Part shown: one piece after another, positions 52,146 to 62,206 of the stretch
How positions within the stretch are numbered: the first letter of the stretch is position 1
Layout: every line of letters begins with the position of its first letter
DNA from: Vulcanimicrobiota bacterium
Lineage (GTDB): Bacteria > Vulcanimicrobiota > Vulcanimicrobiia > Eremiobacterales > Eremiobacteraceae
Reading direction: 5' to 3'
DNA length: 64,000 nucleotides
Assembly (NCBI GenBank): GCA_963805945.1
Contig: CAWDVP010000002.1
Span: forward strand, 608,001 to 672,000
The notes under the pieces: model-generated
The model's input: the letters and a program-made list of their open reading frames with translations, nothing else
What the model was told of the DNA's origin: nothing
The model's database searches: none
Program-made: the position numbers and the translations under genes

Positions 52146-52158
52146 GGGCAATTGAGCG

Positions 52159-52785
52159 ATGAACAAGGCGCGCTTCGAGGCGTTCTCCGATGGAGTCTTC
52201 GCGTTCGCGATCACGCTGCTCGTGCTGGGTTTCGTCCTTCCAGCGATCTGCACGCGCGCCTGACTCGAATCACGATCTGGCCGCGGCGCTGTTGGCTCTG
52301 GCCGAATCTCATCGCTTACGCGCTCAGCTTCGGCGTCATCGGCATCATGTGGCAGAACCACCATGCGCTGTTCCGCCAAGTCGAACGCATCGATCGCCGC
52401 ACGATCTTCTGGAACCTGCTCTTTGCTCGGCGGCACGGCGTTCATCCCGTTCGCGACGAGCGCGCTCGGCGACTACCCGACGATGCGCGCGTCCGCGTTC
52501 CTCTACGGCCTGACGCTTTCCACCACCGCCACGGCCTACAATCTCATGCTCGCGCACTTGGTGCGGGCGAAGGCGTTCCATTCGGTGAGCGAGCAGACCA
52601 TCAACGCGACCGTGCGCGCGTATCGCACCGGGTGGATCGTCTACATCGCCGCGACGCTGCTGGCGCTGGTGTTTCCGGTCGTCAGTTTCGCCGCGTACAT
52701 CATCATCGCGGCGTATTACCTCGTGCCGCGCGGGCTCGATTCCGACACGGGGGGGTTTGTGGTATTGGGGTGGTATAGAGTATAA
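52159..52785 (+). CDS. TMEM175 family potassium channel (indels; 3' end corrupted)
   Basis: RFEAFSDGVFAFAITLLVL signature and YALSF.VIG.MW.NHH. Confidence 0.82.
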
Positions 52786-54100
52786 GAATGGTAAAAGAGT
52801 GGGATTGAGATGTTTGGGAGTTGAGGGTGAGGGTGGGGTGAAGAGGGTGGTAAAGAAGAGTGTGTGGTAAGGGTGGGTGTGGATGTGGGAGGGGGAGATG
52901 AGTGTGGAGATGGTTGGGGGTGGGGGGGAAAGGGAGGCGGGGAGGGGGGCGGTGAGCGGGAGGGGGGCGGAGAAGGGGGGAGGGGGGCAAGCGGTTTTCG
53001 CGGGGGGGGGTGTTGGTGGGGGGGGTGTGGGAGGGTGGGAGTGTACAAGCGTTGAGAGTTCGCGGGTTGGTGGGGGAGAATAAGGTGCGTGCGGTGAGTG
53101 GAGGGGGAGTGAGCTGTATGCTGAGGTGGTAGTGGCGCTATGGGGCAAGTGAGGTGGGGAGGGAGTAGGAGAAGCAGCAGTAGCGTGTGGAGGTGTTGCG
53201 CGGTGCGTTGGGTGGCAAGGAGTGCGCGCTGGAGGATGTGCTGCTGGTGCGATTAGGTGTTGATTTGAGCTGGGTGGGTTGCTTTGGTATGGCGCTGGTG
53301 TGTGCTGCTGGTGTGTGTTGTCAGCGGTGTGGCGCGGAGATAGCATGAAGCGTAGCTGCTGCGTTAGTTGGCTGCGGGCACGCGGTGCTGTGGAGCATGG
53401 GTACTAGGTGTGGGGGTATGAAAGAGTGAGCGCGCAGCGGGTGGTGCGGTAGAGTTGCGGTGCGATGTAAGGCAGAACAGCGGTTTGGAGAATGCGTATA
53501 GACGATATGGAGAAGGAGTGCGTCGATAGACTGGCACGCGCGGCGCTAGAAGTGTGGAAAGAGGCGACGCTTGGAGCGGCTGTTGGCAGTACACGCAGTG
53601 GTGCTGACGTGGCGCACGCGGGTGCTGCACACACGCTGCGATGATGGTGGAGAGAGAGAGAGACTTAGAGTGGGTGCGTTGAGCGAGAGACGATGGAAAT
53701 GGCGCGTGGTGCGCGAGCGCGCAGATTTGCTGCGCGGATGCATTGAAGGTACAAAAGTGAGTTGGAGAGTGGTGCGCTGGCTGGGTGCGAGTGTAGATGG
53801 CAGCGGCGCTTTGTGAGGTGTGAGTGTTTGCGAATTCTGTGACGAGAGCGCAGGTGCTGCGCGGTATGTTGAAAGCGCTGCGGTGCAGAGCTGGTTGATG
53901 CGATTGGGTGTGAAGGAGTGCGGTGAGAGTGTTGTTACGCAGCGCAGCAGAGTTACGGTGTGCGGTGAGTGTGAGCGACGATGGTAACTGGAGGAGGTGC
54001 GCAGGTGATTCTAGCGAGTGTGGTTGTGGAGTAGCTGTGGGTGAGTGCGCAGGTGCGGGGCTACTGGTGCGTGACGTCTACATCGCACGATGCCGATGAG
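52750..54100. other. C-depleted G/T-rich low-complexity tract, probable base-calling artefact
   Basis: Abrupt loss of codon structure, long G runs and strong top-strand C depletion. It grades back into coding sequence near 54100. Confidence 0.8.
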
Positions 54101-54109
54101 GGCTGCACG

Positions 54110-54412
54110 CGCGTCTGCTCACGACTCCTCGATACGTGGTTTCAAGCAGAGCGGGCGCAGCTATTTCGTGCTCTACGGGAACAGCCGCGCCCGGCGCCCG
54201 TGTACGACTTCGCATCGCTCACCACGCGCGCGCAGCGCGACGCCGCCACGGTCGTCGCCGTCCGTGCAGAAAACAGCAATGCCGCATACCAGAGCCCGGA
54301 GCCTTGGACGGAGCGAAACGGCTGGGTGCTGTGGGTGGCGTTGCTCGCCGCGGTCGTCATCATCGGCGGCCTCGCCATCCGCATGATGCGGACGCCTCCG
54401 CCTGCTGCGTAG
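54110..54412 (+). CDS. C-terminal remnant of a DUF3999-like membrane-anchored protein
   Basis: YFVLYGN..A.APVYDF...PWTERNGWVLWVALLAAVVIIGGLAIRMM. The N-terminus is lost in the garbled tract. Confidence 0.55.
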   Translation, partial: RVCSRLLDTWFQAERAQLFRALREQPRPAPVYDFASLTTRAQRDAATVVAVRAENSNAAYQSPEPWTERNGWVLWVALLAAVVIIGGLAIRMMRTPPPAA

Positions 54413-54439
54413 CTGGCCGACTGAAAGGTCGGCCCCTAC
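54409..54439. repeat. GTAG-type REP-like palindrome, family 2
   Basis: GTAG-CT-GGCCGAC-TGAAAG-GTCGGCC-C-CTAC between convergent genes. Only one copy seen in the window. Confidence 0.55.
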
Positions 54440-55069
54440 ATCATCCCCTTCGCTTGGCAGCGGGATGACCGCCGCGCGCACGTTGCGCGGCATCGCGTAG
54501 AAACACGTCAGCAGGAAGAACGCTATCACCGCGCCGCGCGGCCAGACGAAGGCGATCAGCGTCGCGGCCGGATACGCGAGCAGCCCCACGACGTTCCACG
54601 CCGTGTGCCTCACCGAGCGGCCGCCCGGACCATGGACGGACCGCCAGGCCTCGTGCCACAGCAGGTTATAGAGCAGCGACAAGACGGACAGCGTAACGCC
54701 ATAGAGGATGACGGCGGGCCGCGTGGTGCCGAACGAGCCCAACACATGCATCACGAACGGCACGAAGCAGACGACCAGCAAGAAGATCAGGTTGAGGATC
54801 GCGATCGCCAGCGTGATCCGGCTGACGTTCTTGAACATGGCGTGGTGATTGACCCAGAAGATGCCGATCGTCGCAAAGGCGACGACGTAGACGAGAAACG
54901 TCTCCAGCTGCGCGGCGAGCTCGTGCCACTGCGCCGCTTCGCCCGCACCTCTCATGTTCTGGACGCGCAGCTCCAAGATCAGCAGCGTGATGGCGATGGC
55001 GAAGACGCCGTCGGTGAAGGCCTCGAAGCGGTTCTTGCTGATGTTGAGGGTCTCATCGCGCAGCAGCAA
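54440..55069 (-). CDS. TMEM175 family potassium channel (true stop unclear; ORF reads on to 54173)
   Basis: RFEAFTDGVFAIAITLLILEL and YVVAF.TIGIFWVNHH. Confidence 0.88.
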
Positions 55070-55075
55070 CCGGCC

Positions 55076-55588
55076 CTACCTTTCGCTCGCCTCGAGCGGC
55101 GGACGCCGGAACATCATGAGCAGGCCGGCGATCTGCAAGAGCACGAGCACGAAGTAGATGATGAGCGGGATCAGCACGCGGTCAGTCGGCAGGCGCGGAT
55201 CCGGGGTCGTGTTCGCAACCAGCACGGCCTGGATCACGACGTCGAACAAGACGATCGCGAACACTCCAAGCCACTGAAAGCGCGCGGCGAGTTCGCCCAG
55301 CGTCCGCTCGCGGCGCTCGGGCGCGAGCCAGTACTCCTTATACGGCATGTTGACGGATGCCGGCAAGCGGTAGAGCAAAGCCGGAAACCCAAGGAATATG
55401 GCGCTGAGCAGCGCGAGCATGACGCCGCACGAGGTGAAGAAGACCTCTTTGGTCTGCCAGCCGTTCGGCACGCCCGCGACGTTGAAGTGCGACGCCATCG
55501 GATCGGCGAGGATGAGCGGATAGTAGTGCACCATCTGCACGCAGGCCACCACCGCCAGGACGATGATGACGACGCCCGGGAAGCGCAT
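55076..55588 (-). CDS. DUF1648 domain membrane protein
   Basis: L.DPMASHFNVAG.PNGW and VNMPYKEYWLAPERR. Confidence 0.8.
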   Translation of the reverse strand: MRFPGVVIIVLAVVACVQMVHYYPLILADPMASHFNVAGVPNGWQTKEVFFTSCGVMLALLSAIFLGFPALLYRLPASVNMPYKEYWLAPERRERTLGELAARFQWLGVFAIVLFDVVIQAVLVANTTPDPRLPTDRVLIPLIIYFVLVLLQIAGLLMMFRRPPLEASER

Positions 55589-55665
55589 CGCCCTGGCGAT
55601 TCGCGCTCCAAGGGGTGCCTGCCTCGCGGGCATCCAATCCGGCCCGCAGAGCGTAGACAGCACAT

Positions 55666-56442
55666 ATGAAGCAACGCGTGTATCGCCATCCGATCGTCGT
55701 CCGCGTGACGCATTGGGTCATCGCGCTCGCCTTGCTCGTGCTCACGATGAGCGGGCTGCAGATCTTCATGGCGCATCCGAACCTCTATGCGTCGGACGCA
55801 TCGGTCTTCGACCATCCAGTGCTCTCGATCTACGCCGACTCAGACGCATCCGGCAACCCCGTGGGCCATCTGCAGATCGGTTCGCACGTCTTCACCACAA
55901 CGGGTTGGCTCGGCTGGACCAGTGACGGCATGGGTGGCCTCGACGCGCGCGCGTTCCCGGCCTGGACGACCATCCCGGCGTATCGCGCGCTCGCCGATGG
56001 CCGCCGCTGGCACATCTTCTTCGCCTGGCTGCTCGGCCTGTGCGCGCTCGCGTACGCGTATTGGGCGTTCGCGCTCGTGCCCAAGAAAGCGGATATCGAA
56101 GAGCTGCCGCACGCGCTCAAAGAGCACGCGCTGCCGTGGAAAGTGAAATCCAAAGCCGAGTACAACCCGATGCAGAAGATCGCGTACTTCTCGGTCGTGT
56201 TCGGGCTCGTGCCGCTGGCGATCGTGTCCGGCCTCGCGCTCTCGCCGTCGGTCGACGCGCACGCGCACTGGCTGCCGTGGCTTCTCGGCGGCCGGCAGTT
56301 CGCGCGCATCTGGCACTTCATCGCGATGTTCGGCATCATCGGCTTCTTCATCGGGCACTTCGTCATGGTCGCGTTGACCGGATTTTGGAACAACCTGCGC
56401 GCCATGATCACCGGCTGGTTCGTCGTGGAGAGAGCATCATGA
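55666..56442 (+). CDS. Cytochrome b/b6 domain protein (Ni-hydrogenase cytb-like)
   Basis: RVTHW...MSGLQI, RRWHIFFAW, YNPMQK.AY, ARIWHF...H. Confidence 0.9.
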   Translation: MKQRVYRHPIVVRVTHWVIALALLVLTMSGLQIFMAHPNLYASDASVFDHPVLSIYADSDASGNPVGHLQIGSHVFTTTGWLGWTSDGMGGLDARAFPAWTTIPAYRALADGRRWHIFFAWLLGLCALAYAYWAFALVPKKADIEELPHALKEHALPWKVKSKAEYNPMQKIAYFSVVFGLVPLAIVSGLALSPSVDAHAHWLPWLLGGRQFARIWHFIAMFGIIGFFIGHFVMVALTGFWNNLRAMITGWFVVERAS

Positions 56443-57188
56443 ACGTGCGCCGCGCCCAATTCCTCGCGCTGCTCGCCGGTTCGACGCTCACCGGCTGCGC
56501 GCGCGTCGCGACCTCGCTCAACGACACCCAGTGGTTCCACGACCTGCTCGGATCACCGGAGCGGCTCGACATGGCGCTGCTCGGCGCGGGCCAGCCGCTC
56601 GCGCGCGAGTATGCGGATCGGTACATCTCGACTGATTTCCGCCACAACGGCTTCGATCCGCCCAGCGACGCCACGTACGTGCGCTGGACGCGCGACGGCT
56701 TCACAGGCTATCGGCTCTTCGTCTCGGGGCTCGTCGACAAGCCGACGTCGTACAGTTTGGCGGAGCTGCGCAGCCATTTCACGCCGGCGACGCAGACGAC
56801 GCGGCACGATTGCGTCGAAGGCTGGAGCGTCATCGGCAAGTGGCGCGGCGCGCTGCTGCGCGATGTGCTTGCCGCCTCAGCGCCGCAGGCAAACGCGAAG
56901 TACGTCGTCTTCCACTGCCTCGATGATGACGGTGCCGGGAACAAATACTACGAATCATTGGACCTGCGCCAAGCCGCGCATCCGCAGTCGCTGCTCGCCT
57001 ACGATCTCAACGATGCGCCGGTGCCGCCGAAGAACGGCGCGCCGCTGCGGCTCAAAGTGCCGGTGCAGCTCGGCTACAAGAGCGCGAAGCACGTCGCGCG
57101 CATCGAACTGGTCGCCGGATTAGGCGGCGAGCTCGGCAAGGGCGGCTACTGGGAAGACCGCGGCTACGAGTGGTTCGCGGGCATCTAG
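56439..57188 (+). CDS. Molybdopterin-dependent oxidoreductase (sulfite oxidase/MsrP family), Tat lipoprotein
   Basis: MNVRRAQFL...LTGC, TRHDCVEGWS, NGAPLRL.VP.QLGYKSAK, GGYWEDRGY. Confidence 0.9.
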   Translation: MNVRRAQFLALLAGSTLTGCARVATSLNDTQWFHDLLGSPERLDMALLGAGQPLAREYADRYISTDFRHNGFDPPSDATYVRWTRDGFTGYRLFVSGLVDKPTSYSLAELRSHFTPATQTTRHDCVEGWSVIGKWRGALLRDVLAASAPQANAKYVVFHCLDDDGAGNKYYESLDLRQAAHPQSLLAYDLNDAPVPPKNGAPLRLKVPVQLGYKSAKHVARIELVAGLGGELGKGGYWEDRGYEWFAGI

Positions 57189-57193
57189 ACCCG

Positions 57194-57568
57194 TCAGGCG
57201 GTCTTGCGCTTGTGGAACGTCACCAAGTTACCCTCGGTGTCGTTGACCATCGCCATGCGGCAGGCGGGCGTCTCATGTTCCATTTGCACTGCGAGGCCGC
57301 GCGCCTTGACCGCCTTGACGGCCGCATCGAGATCGTCGACCGCGAACAGGATCCCATTGCTGGGCTGGAAGGGCATCACTGCGCCGCCGCCGCCCCATAA
57401 GCCGAACGCCGTGCCATCCGCGAACTCGTATTCCGCGCCGCGATTATCGGGATAGACCCTGGTGGGTTCCAGCCCGAGCACGTCGCGATAGAAGCCGATC
57501 GCGCGCGCAGCGTCTTTGACCATGTAACCGCTGAGGTCCAGTCCGGTGACCTTGAAAGGATGACTCAC
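57194..57568 (-). CDS. VOC/glyoxalase family protein
   Basis: A.GFYRDVLGL, FAVDDLDAA, DTEGN. Confidence 0.88.
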   Translation of the reverse strand: MSHPFKVTGLDLSGYMVKDAARAIGFYRDVLGLEPTRVYPDNRGAEYEFADGTAFGLWGGGGAVMPFQPSNGILFAVDDLDAAVKAVKARGLAVQMEHETPACRMAMVNDTEGNLVTFHKRKTA

Positions 57569-57615
57569 AATCGCTCTCCCGTCGTCTCGTGCCGGCGGTC
57601 GCGACCCGTGCGCGC

Positions 57616-58137
57616 CTAGCTACCCTCGCGGAGCAGCTGATTCACCGTCGCATCGACCACGTCGTCCTGCGAGTCGCCGATGACGGTCTTGCGCAGCACG
57701 CCGTGACGATCGAAGATCATCTGGGTCGGCCAGCCGGTGATGCCGTACGCGTTCCAGAGAGCGAAATCATTGTCGATCGCGACCGGCCAGGCGACGCCCT
57801 GCGCTTTCGTGGAGGTGATGACCGCCGAGCGGTCATGCTCGTACGTGGTCTCCGGGCTGTGCACGCTGAGGATCACAAGATCGCGCCGCGATTCGTTCTT
57901 GTAGAGCGCGCGCAGGTTCGGCTCGACGTTCTTGCAGTTGTAGCAGCCGAAGGTGTAAAAATCGAGCACCACGACCTTGCCGCGGACGTCGGCCGCGGTC
58001 GGCTTGCCGTTGAGCCAATCCGTGGCCGCGAGCACGCGGGTGAGGCTCGCCGAGGGGGCGGTCTGCGCCGCATGCGCTGCGTAGGCGGCGCCGCCGGCGA
58101 ACGCCAGCGCCGCGAGCGCGAGAACGAGCTTTTTCAT
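57616..58137 (-). CDS. Exported redoxin (TlpA/DipZ-like)
   Basis: Signal peptide, RGKVVVLDFYTFGCYNC, VHSPE, VAIDND, WP. Confidence 0.88.
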   Translation of the reverse strand: MKKLVLALAALAFAGGAAYAAHAAQTAPSASLTRVLAATDWLNGKPTAADVRGKVVVLDFYTFGCYNCKNVEPNLRALYKNESRRDLVILSVHSPETTYEHDRSAVITSTKAQGVAWPVAIDNDFALWNAYGITGWPTQMIFDRHGVLRKTVIGDSQDDVVDATVNQLLREGS

Positions 58138-58209
58138 ATCCCTTGGTACGTCGTCTGCGGCCGGATGGATGTTTAGGAGAAGGGCCGCGGGGCAAAGAAG
58201 CGGTCCGCC

Positions 58210-59016
58210 ATGTTCCGAGGTGCGAAAACCGGCGCGACGTATGTCGGCGAGAACCGGGTCCTGCTCAAGACCGCCAACGGGTTCAAGATGTACGTGGACG
58301 GGCGCGACGTCTCGATCGCGCCGCACCTCATCCTCGACGGCGTGTGGGAGGAGTGGACCGAGGCGGTGCTGCGCACGCTGCTGCGGCCGGGCATGACCGT
58401 GTTCGAAGTTGGCACGAACGTGGGGTTCTTCACGTTGATCATGGCGGCTGCAGTAGGGCCAGGCGGCAAGATCTTTTCATTTGAAGCGGACGCCGAGCTG
58501 GCGCAACTCGCGCGCGACAACATCGAGATCAACGGTCTGCATCGCACCGCGCGGGTCGTCGAGCGTGCCGCGGGTGAACACGCGGGCACCGTCACCTTCT
58601 ACAAGACCGATCGCCACCTCGGCGGCGGTTCGATCGTCGAAGGGCTGGAGCAGATCCCGCACAACCCATCGGACCATCGCCGCGCGGTCGAGGTCGCGAT
58701 GACGACGCTCGACGTGTTCTGCAAAGAGGTGAGCGCGCAGCCGGACGTGCTGAAGATCGACGCGGAGGGAGCAGAGTCGGCGATCCTGCGCGGCGCGAGC
58801 GAGCTGTTGGACTCGAAGCGGCCGCTTGCGATCGTCATGGAGTTCTTCCCGCGTTTCGTGCGCGCGGCGGGCGATGAGCCTGACGCGCTGTTGGCGCGCA
58901 TGGAGCAGCGCGGCTTCTCGCTCTACGTGATCGACGAGCGTCGCCGGCGCTTGGAACCCGTGAGCGCGCAAGCGCTGCTGCAGCGGGAGAACGCGGAGAT
59001 CGTCCTGCGCCGCTAG
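58210..59016 (+). CDS. FkbM family methyltransferase
   Basis: FEVGTNVGFFT, SFEA, TLD, LKIDAEGAE. Confidence 0.9.
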   Translation: MFRGAKTGATYVGENRVLLKTANGFKMYVDGRDVSIAPHLILDGVWEEWTEAVLRTLLRPGMTVFEVGTNVGFFTLIMAAAVGPGGKIFSFEADAELAQLARDNIEINGLHRTARVVERAAGEHAGTVTFYKTDRHLGGGSIVEGLEQIPHNPSDHRRAVEVAMTTLDVFCKEVSAQPDVLKIDAEGAESAILRGASELLDSKRPLAIVMEFFPRFVRAAGDEPDALLARMEQRGFSLYVIDERRRRLEPVSAQALLQRENAEIVLRR

Positions 59017-59041
59017 ACGACATCGCCCGGAACGCGGAGAT

Positions 59042-62000
59042 CTAGGTCGAGGTCGGCGTCGCCTTCGCGCGGCGCTCGCGCCAGCGTTCCTCTGCGCCTG
59101 CGATGATGATGTAGAGCAGCGGGATGACGAGCAGGTTGAGCAGCGTCGAGATGAGCATGCCGCCGACGACCGCGGTGCCGATGGAGTGGCGGCTCGACTC
59201 GCCGGCGCCCGAGGCGAACACGAGCGGCATGATGCCGAAGATGAACGCGAACGACGTCATGAGGATGGGACGCAACCGTGTCATCGCGGCTTGGACGGCA
59301 GCTTGCGCGACCGGCATGCCCTGCTTGCGCAGCAAGTTGCCGAACTGCACGATCAGGATCGCGTTCTTGCTCGCGAGGCCGACCAACATCACGAGGCCGA
59401 TCTGGCAGAAGATATCGTTCTGGACGTCGTTGGTGCTGGGGAGGATGTGCAGCATCGTGAGCGTATGCCGTATCCAGATGCCGCCGAGCGCCCCGAGGAT
59501 CGCCAGCGGCACCGCCAAGATGATGATGAGCGGATCGACGAGGCTCTCATACTGCGCGGCGAGCACGAGGAAAACGAAGAGCACCGCTAAGCCGAAGATG
59601 ATGATGGTGACGCTGCCGGCCTCGATCTGATCGAGCGACGTGCCCGTCCACTCGTAGCTCATGCCCGGCGGCAGCGTCTGCGCCGCGACTCTTTGCATCT
59701 CAGCAAGCGCTTGACCGGACGAGGCACCGGGCGCCGGCTGGCCGTTGAACTCCATCGAGCGGAAAAGGTTATAGTGCGAGATGGTCGGCGGGCCGAGCGT
59801 GCGCTGCACCGTCACGAACGCCGACAGCGGGATCATCGCGCCGCTGTCGTTGCGGACGTACATCCGGCTCAGGTCGCCGATCTGCGACCGGAACGGCGCG
59901 TCCGCCTGGACGTACACGCGGTACGACTTGTCGAGATAGTTGAAGTCGTTGACGTAGTCCGAGCCCAACATGATCTGGAGCGTGTCGAACACGTCGCCGA
60001 GATTGACGTGCATCGCCTGCACGGCGTTGCGGTCGACGTTCACCTGCACTTGCGGGCTGTCGGCGCGGAACGTCGTGAACACCGAGCGCAGCATCGGGTC
60101 GGTATTGGCGTGGTATTCGATCAAGCCAGCGGCCTGCGCGAGCGCCGGAATGCCAAGCCCGGTCTGATCCTCGACCTGGAAGTCGAAGCCGCCGATGTTG
60201 CCGGCGCCTTGGATGGGCGGGAAATTGAAGGCGAACGCGGATGCCCCGGTGATGCCGAAGAGCTTGCCGCCCGTCCGCTCGATGATCGCGGCGACCGAAT
60301 GGTCGGCCCGCTTGCGCTCCGACCACGGTTTGAGCGTCGCGAACATGATGCCGTTGTTAGGCCCGACGCCGGTGAAGCTGAAGCCGGCGACGCTGAAGAT
60401 ATTGACGACGTCGGGTTCGGAGCGCACCACGCCCTGCACCTGAGCCATGATCTTGGTCATGTACTGGAGCGAGACGCCCGGCGGCGCCTGCGCGATGACG
60501 ACGAAGAAGCCCTGGTCTTCGTCGGGCACGAACGCGGTCGGCACGATCTTGATCATCAGCACGGTCGCGCACAGCAGCGCGGCGAACACGACCAGCACGA
60601 CCGCGGGCTTCGCCAGCACGGCGGGGAGCAGGCGCTTATAGCCCGCGCGGACGCCGGTGATGAAGTTGCCGATCGCCTGCATGAACTTGTTGTGGTGCGG
60701 CTCTTCTCTATCGAGCAGGATCGCCGCCAGCGCCGGCGCCAGCGTCAAGGCGGTGAAAGCGGAGATGGTGATGGTCGAGGCGATCGTCAGCGCGAACTGC
60801 TTGTAGAGCTCGCCCGTCGTGCCGGGGAAGAACGCGACCGGTATGAACACCGCCAGCAGCACGAGCGACGTCGCGATGACCGCGCTCGTGATCTCCGCCA
60901 TCGCCAGAGGCGCTGCCGTCTTCGCGTCCATGTTGTGCTCGTGGATATAGCGCACGATGTTCTCCACGACCACGATCGCGTCGTCGACGACGAGCGCAGT
61001 CGCGAGCGTGAGGCCGAAGAGCGTCAGCGTGTTGATCGAGAAGCCGAACGCCTTGAGCAGCGCGAACGTGCCGATGAGCGAGACGGGGATGGTGATCGCC
61101 GGGATCAGCGTCGCGCGCCAATCCTGCAGGAAGAAGAAGATGACGAGCACGACCAGCGAGATCGCCAGCGCGAGCGTCGTCATGACCTCCCTGATGGATT
61201 GGTTGACGAACACCGTCGTGTCGAAGGCGACGTCGTACTTGATGCCGGGCGGGAATGATTTCGAAAGCCGCTCGAGCGCCTGGTGGACGCCCTTGGAGAG
61301 GTTCAGCGTATTGGCGTCCGAGAGCTGCAGCACGCCCATGCCGACCGCGGTCTTGCCGTTGAAGTTGAGATTGGTCGAGTAGTCCTGCGCGCCGAGATCG
61401 ACGCGCCCGACGTCGGAGACGCGGACCAGGTAGTTCTGCCCCGATTTGACCACGATGTTCGCGAACTCGGCCGGCGAGGTGAGCCGGCCGGCCACCCGGA
61501 CGTTATAGGTGTACGCCTGCGTCGCGGGCGCGGGCTGCTGTCCGATGGCGCCCGCGGCGACCTGGACGTTCTGCTGCGAGAGCGCCGCGATCACGTCGTC
61601 CGGCGTGAGCTTGAACGCCTGCAGCCGCGCGGGGTCGAGCCACAGCCGCATGGCGTACTTGCGCTCGCCGAAGATGATGACGTTGCCGACGCCCTTCACG
61701 CGCTTGAGCGCTTGCGTGATGAAACGATCGGCATAGTTGCTCAAGAAGGTGTCGTCGTATTTCGGATTGTCCGACGTCAAGGCGATCGCCATGACGAACG
61801 ACGATGAGTTCTTGCTCACCGTGATGCCGGTCTGCTTGACCTGAGCGGGCAGCAGGCCTTGCGCCACGTTGACGCGCGTCTGCACGTCCTGAGCCGCTTT
61901 GTCCAAGTCGCGGCCAAGATTGAAGGTCGCGTTGATCGTGCTCGACCCGTCGTCCGAGCTCGCCGAGGAGATGTAGCGCAGCCCTTCCGCGCCGTTGATC

Positions 62001-62206
62001 TGTTCTTCCAGCGGGTTGGTGACGGATTGTTCCACCGCTTGCGCGTTCGCGCCGATGTACTCCGATTGCACGGTGACGGTGGGCGGCGCGATGTTCGGGT
62101 AGTCCGCGACCGGCAACGTCGGGATGGAGATGGCGCCGGCGAGCAGGATGACGGCCGAACACACGGCGGCGAAGATCGGCCGCGAGATGAAGAAATTGCC
62201 CGACAT
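59042..62206 (-). CDS. RND efflux permease (HAE1/AcrB family)
   Basis: FFISRPIFA, P.IAPP.V.V, LVVDDAIVVVEN, GLASKNAILIV, RLRPILMTS. Confidence 0.97.
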   Translation of the reverse strand: MSGNFFISRPIFAAVCSAVILLAGAISIPTLPVADYPNIAPPTVTVQSEYIGANAQAVEQSVTNPLEEQINGAEGLRYISSASSDDGSSTINATFNLGRDLDKAAQDVQTRVNVAQGLLPAQVKQTGITVSKNSSSFVMAIALTSDNPKYDDTFLSNYADRFITQALKRVKGVGNVIIFGERKYAMRLWLDPARLQAFKLTPDDVIAALSQQNVQVAAGAIGQQPAPATQAYTYNVRVAGRLTSPAEFANIVVKSGQNYLVRVSDVGRVDLGAQDYSTNLNFNGKTAVGMGVLQLSDANTLNLSKGVHQALERLSKSFPPGIKYDVAFDTTVFVNQSIREVMTTLALAISLVVLVIFFFLQDWRATLIPAITIPVSLIGTFALLKAFGFSINTLTLFGLTLATALVVDDAIVVVENIVRYIHEHNMDAKTAAPLAMAEITSAVIATSLVLLAVFIPVAFFPGTTGELYKQFALTIASTITISAFTALTLAPALAAILLDREEPHHNKFMQAIGNFITGVRAGYKRLLPAVLAKPAVVLVVFAALLCATVLMIKIVPTAFVPDEDQGFFVVIAQAPPGVSLQYMTKIMAQVQGVVRSEPDVVNIFSVAGFSFTGVGPNNGIMFATLKPWSERKRADHSVAAIIERTGGKLFGITGASAFAFNFPPIQGAGNIGGFDFQVEDQTGLGIPALAQAAGLIEYHANTDPMLRSVFTTFRADSPQVQVNVDRNAVQAMHVNLGDVFDTLQIMLGSDYVNDFNYLDKSYRVYVQADAPFRSQIGDLSRMYVRNDSGAMIPLSAFVTVQRTLGPPTISHYNLFRSMEFNGQPAPGASSGQALAEMQRVAAQTLPPGMSYEWTGTSLDQIEAGSVTIIIFGLAVLFVFLVLAAQYESLVDPLIIILAVPLAILGALGGIWIRHTLTMLHILPSTNDVQNDIFCQIGLVMLVGLASKNAILIVQFGNLLRKQGMPVAQAAVQAAMTRLRPILMTSFAFIFGIMPLVFASGAGESSRHSIGTAVVGGMLISTLLNLLVIPLLYIIIAGAEERWRERRAKATPTST

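Noticed and set aside
52345..53816. Pro/His-rich and Gly-rich ORFs in the G-rich tract
   Set aside because: By-products of low-complexity, probably miscalled sequence.
58989..59042. 13-bp direct repeat GAACGCGGAGATC at 58989 and 59030
   Set aside because: Only two copies 41 bp apart at a convergent gene junction. Consistent with a trivial local duplication.
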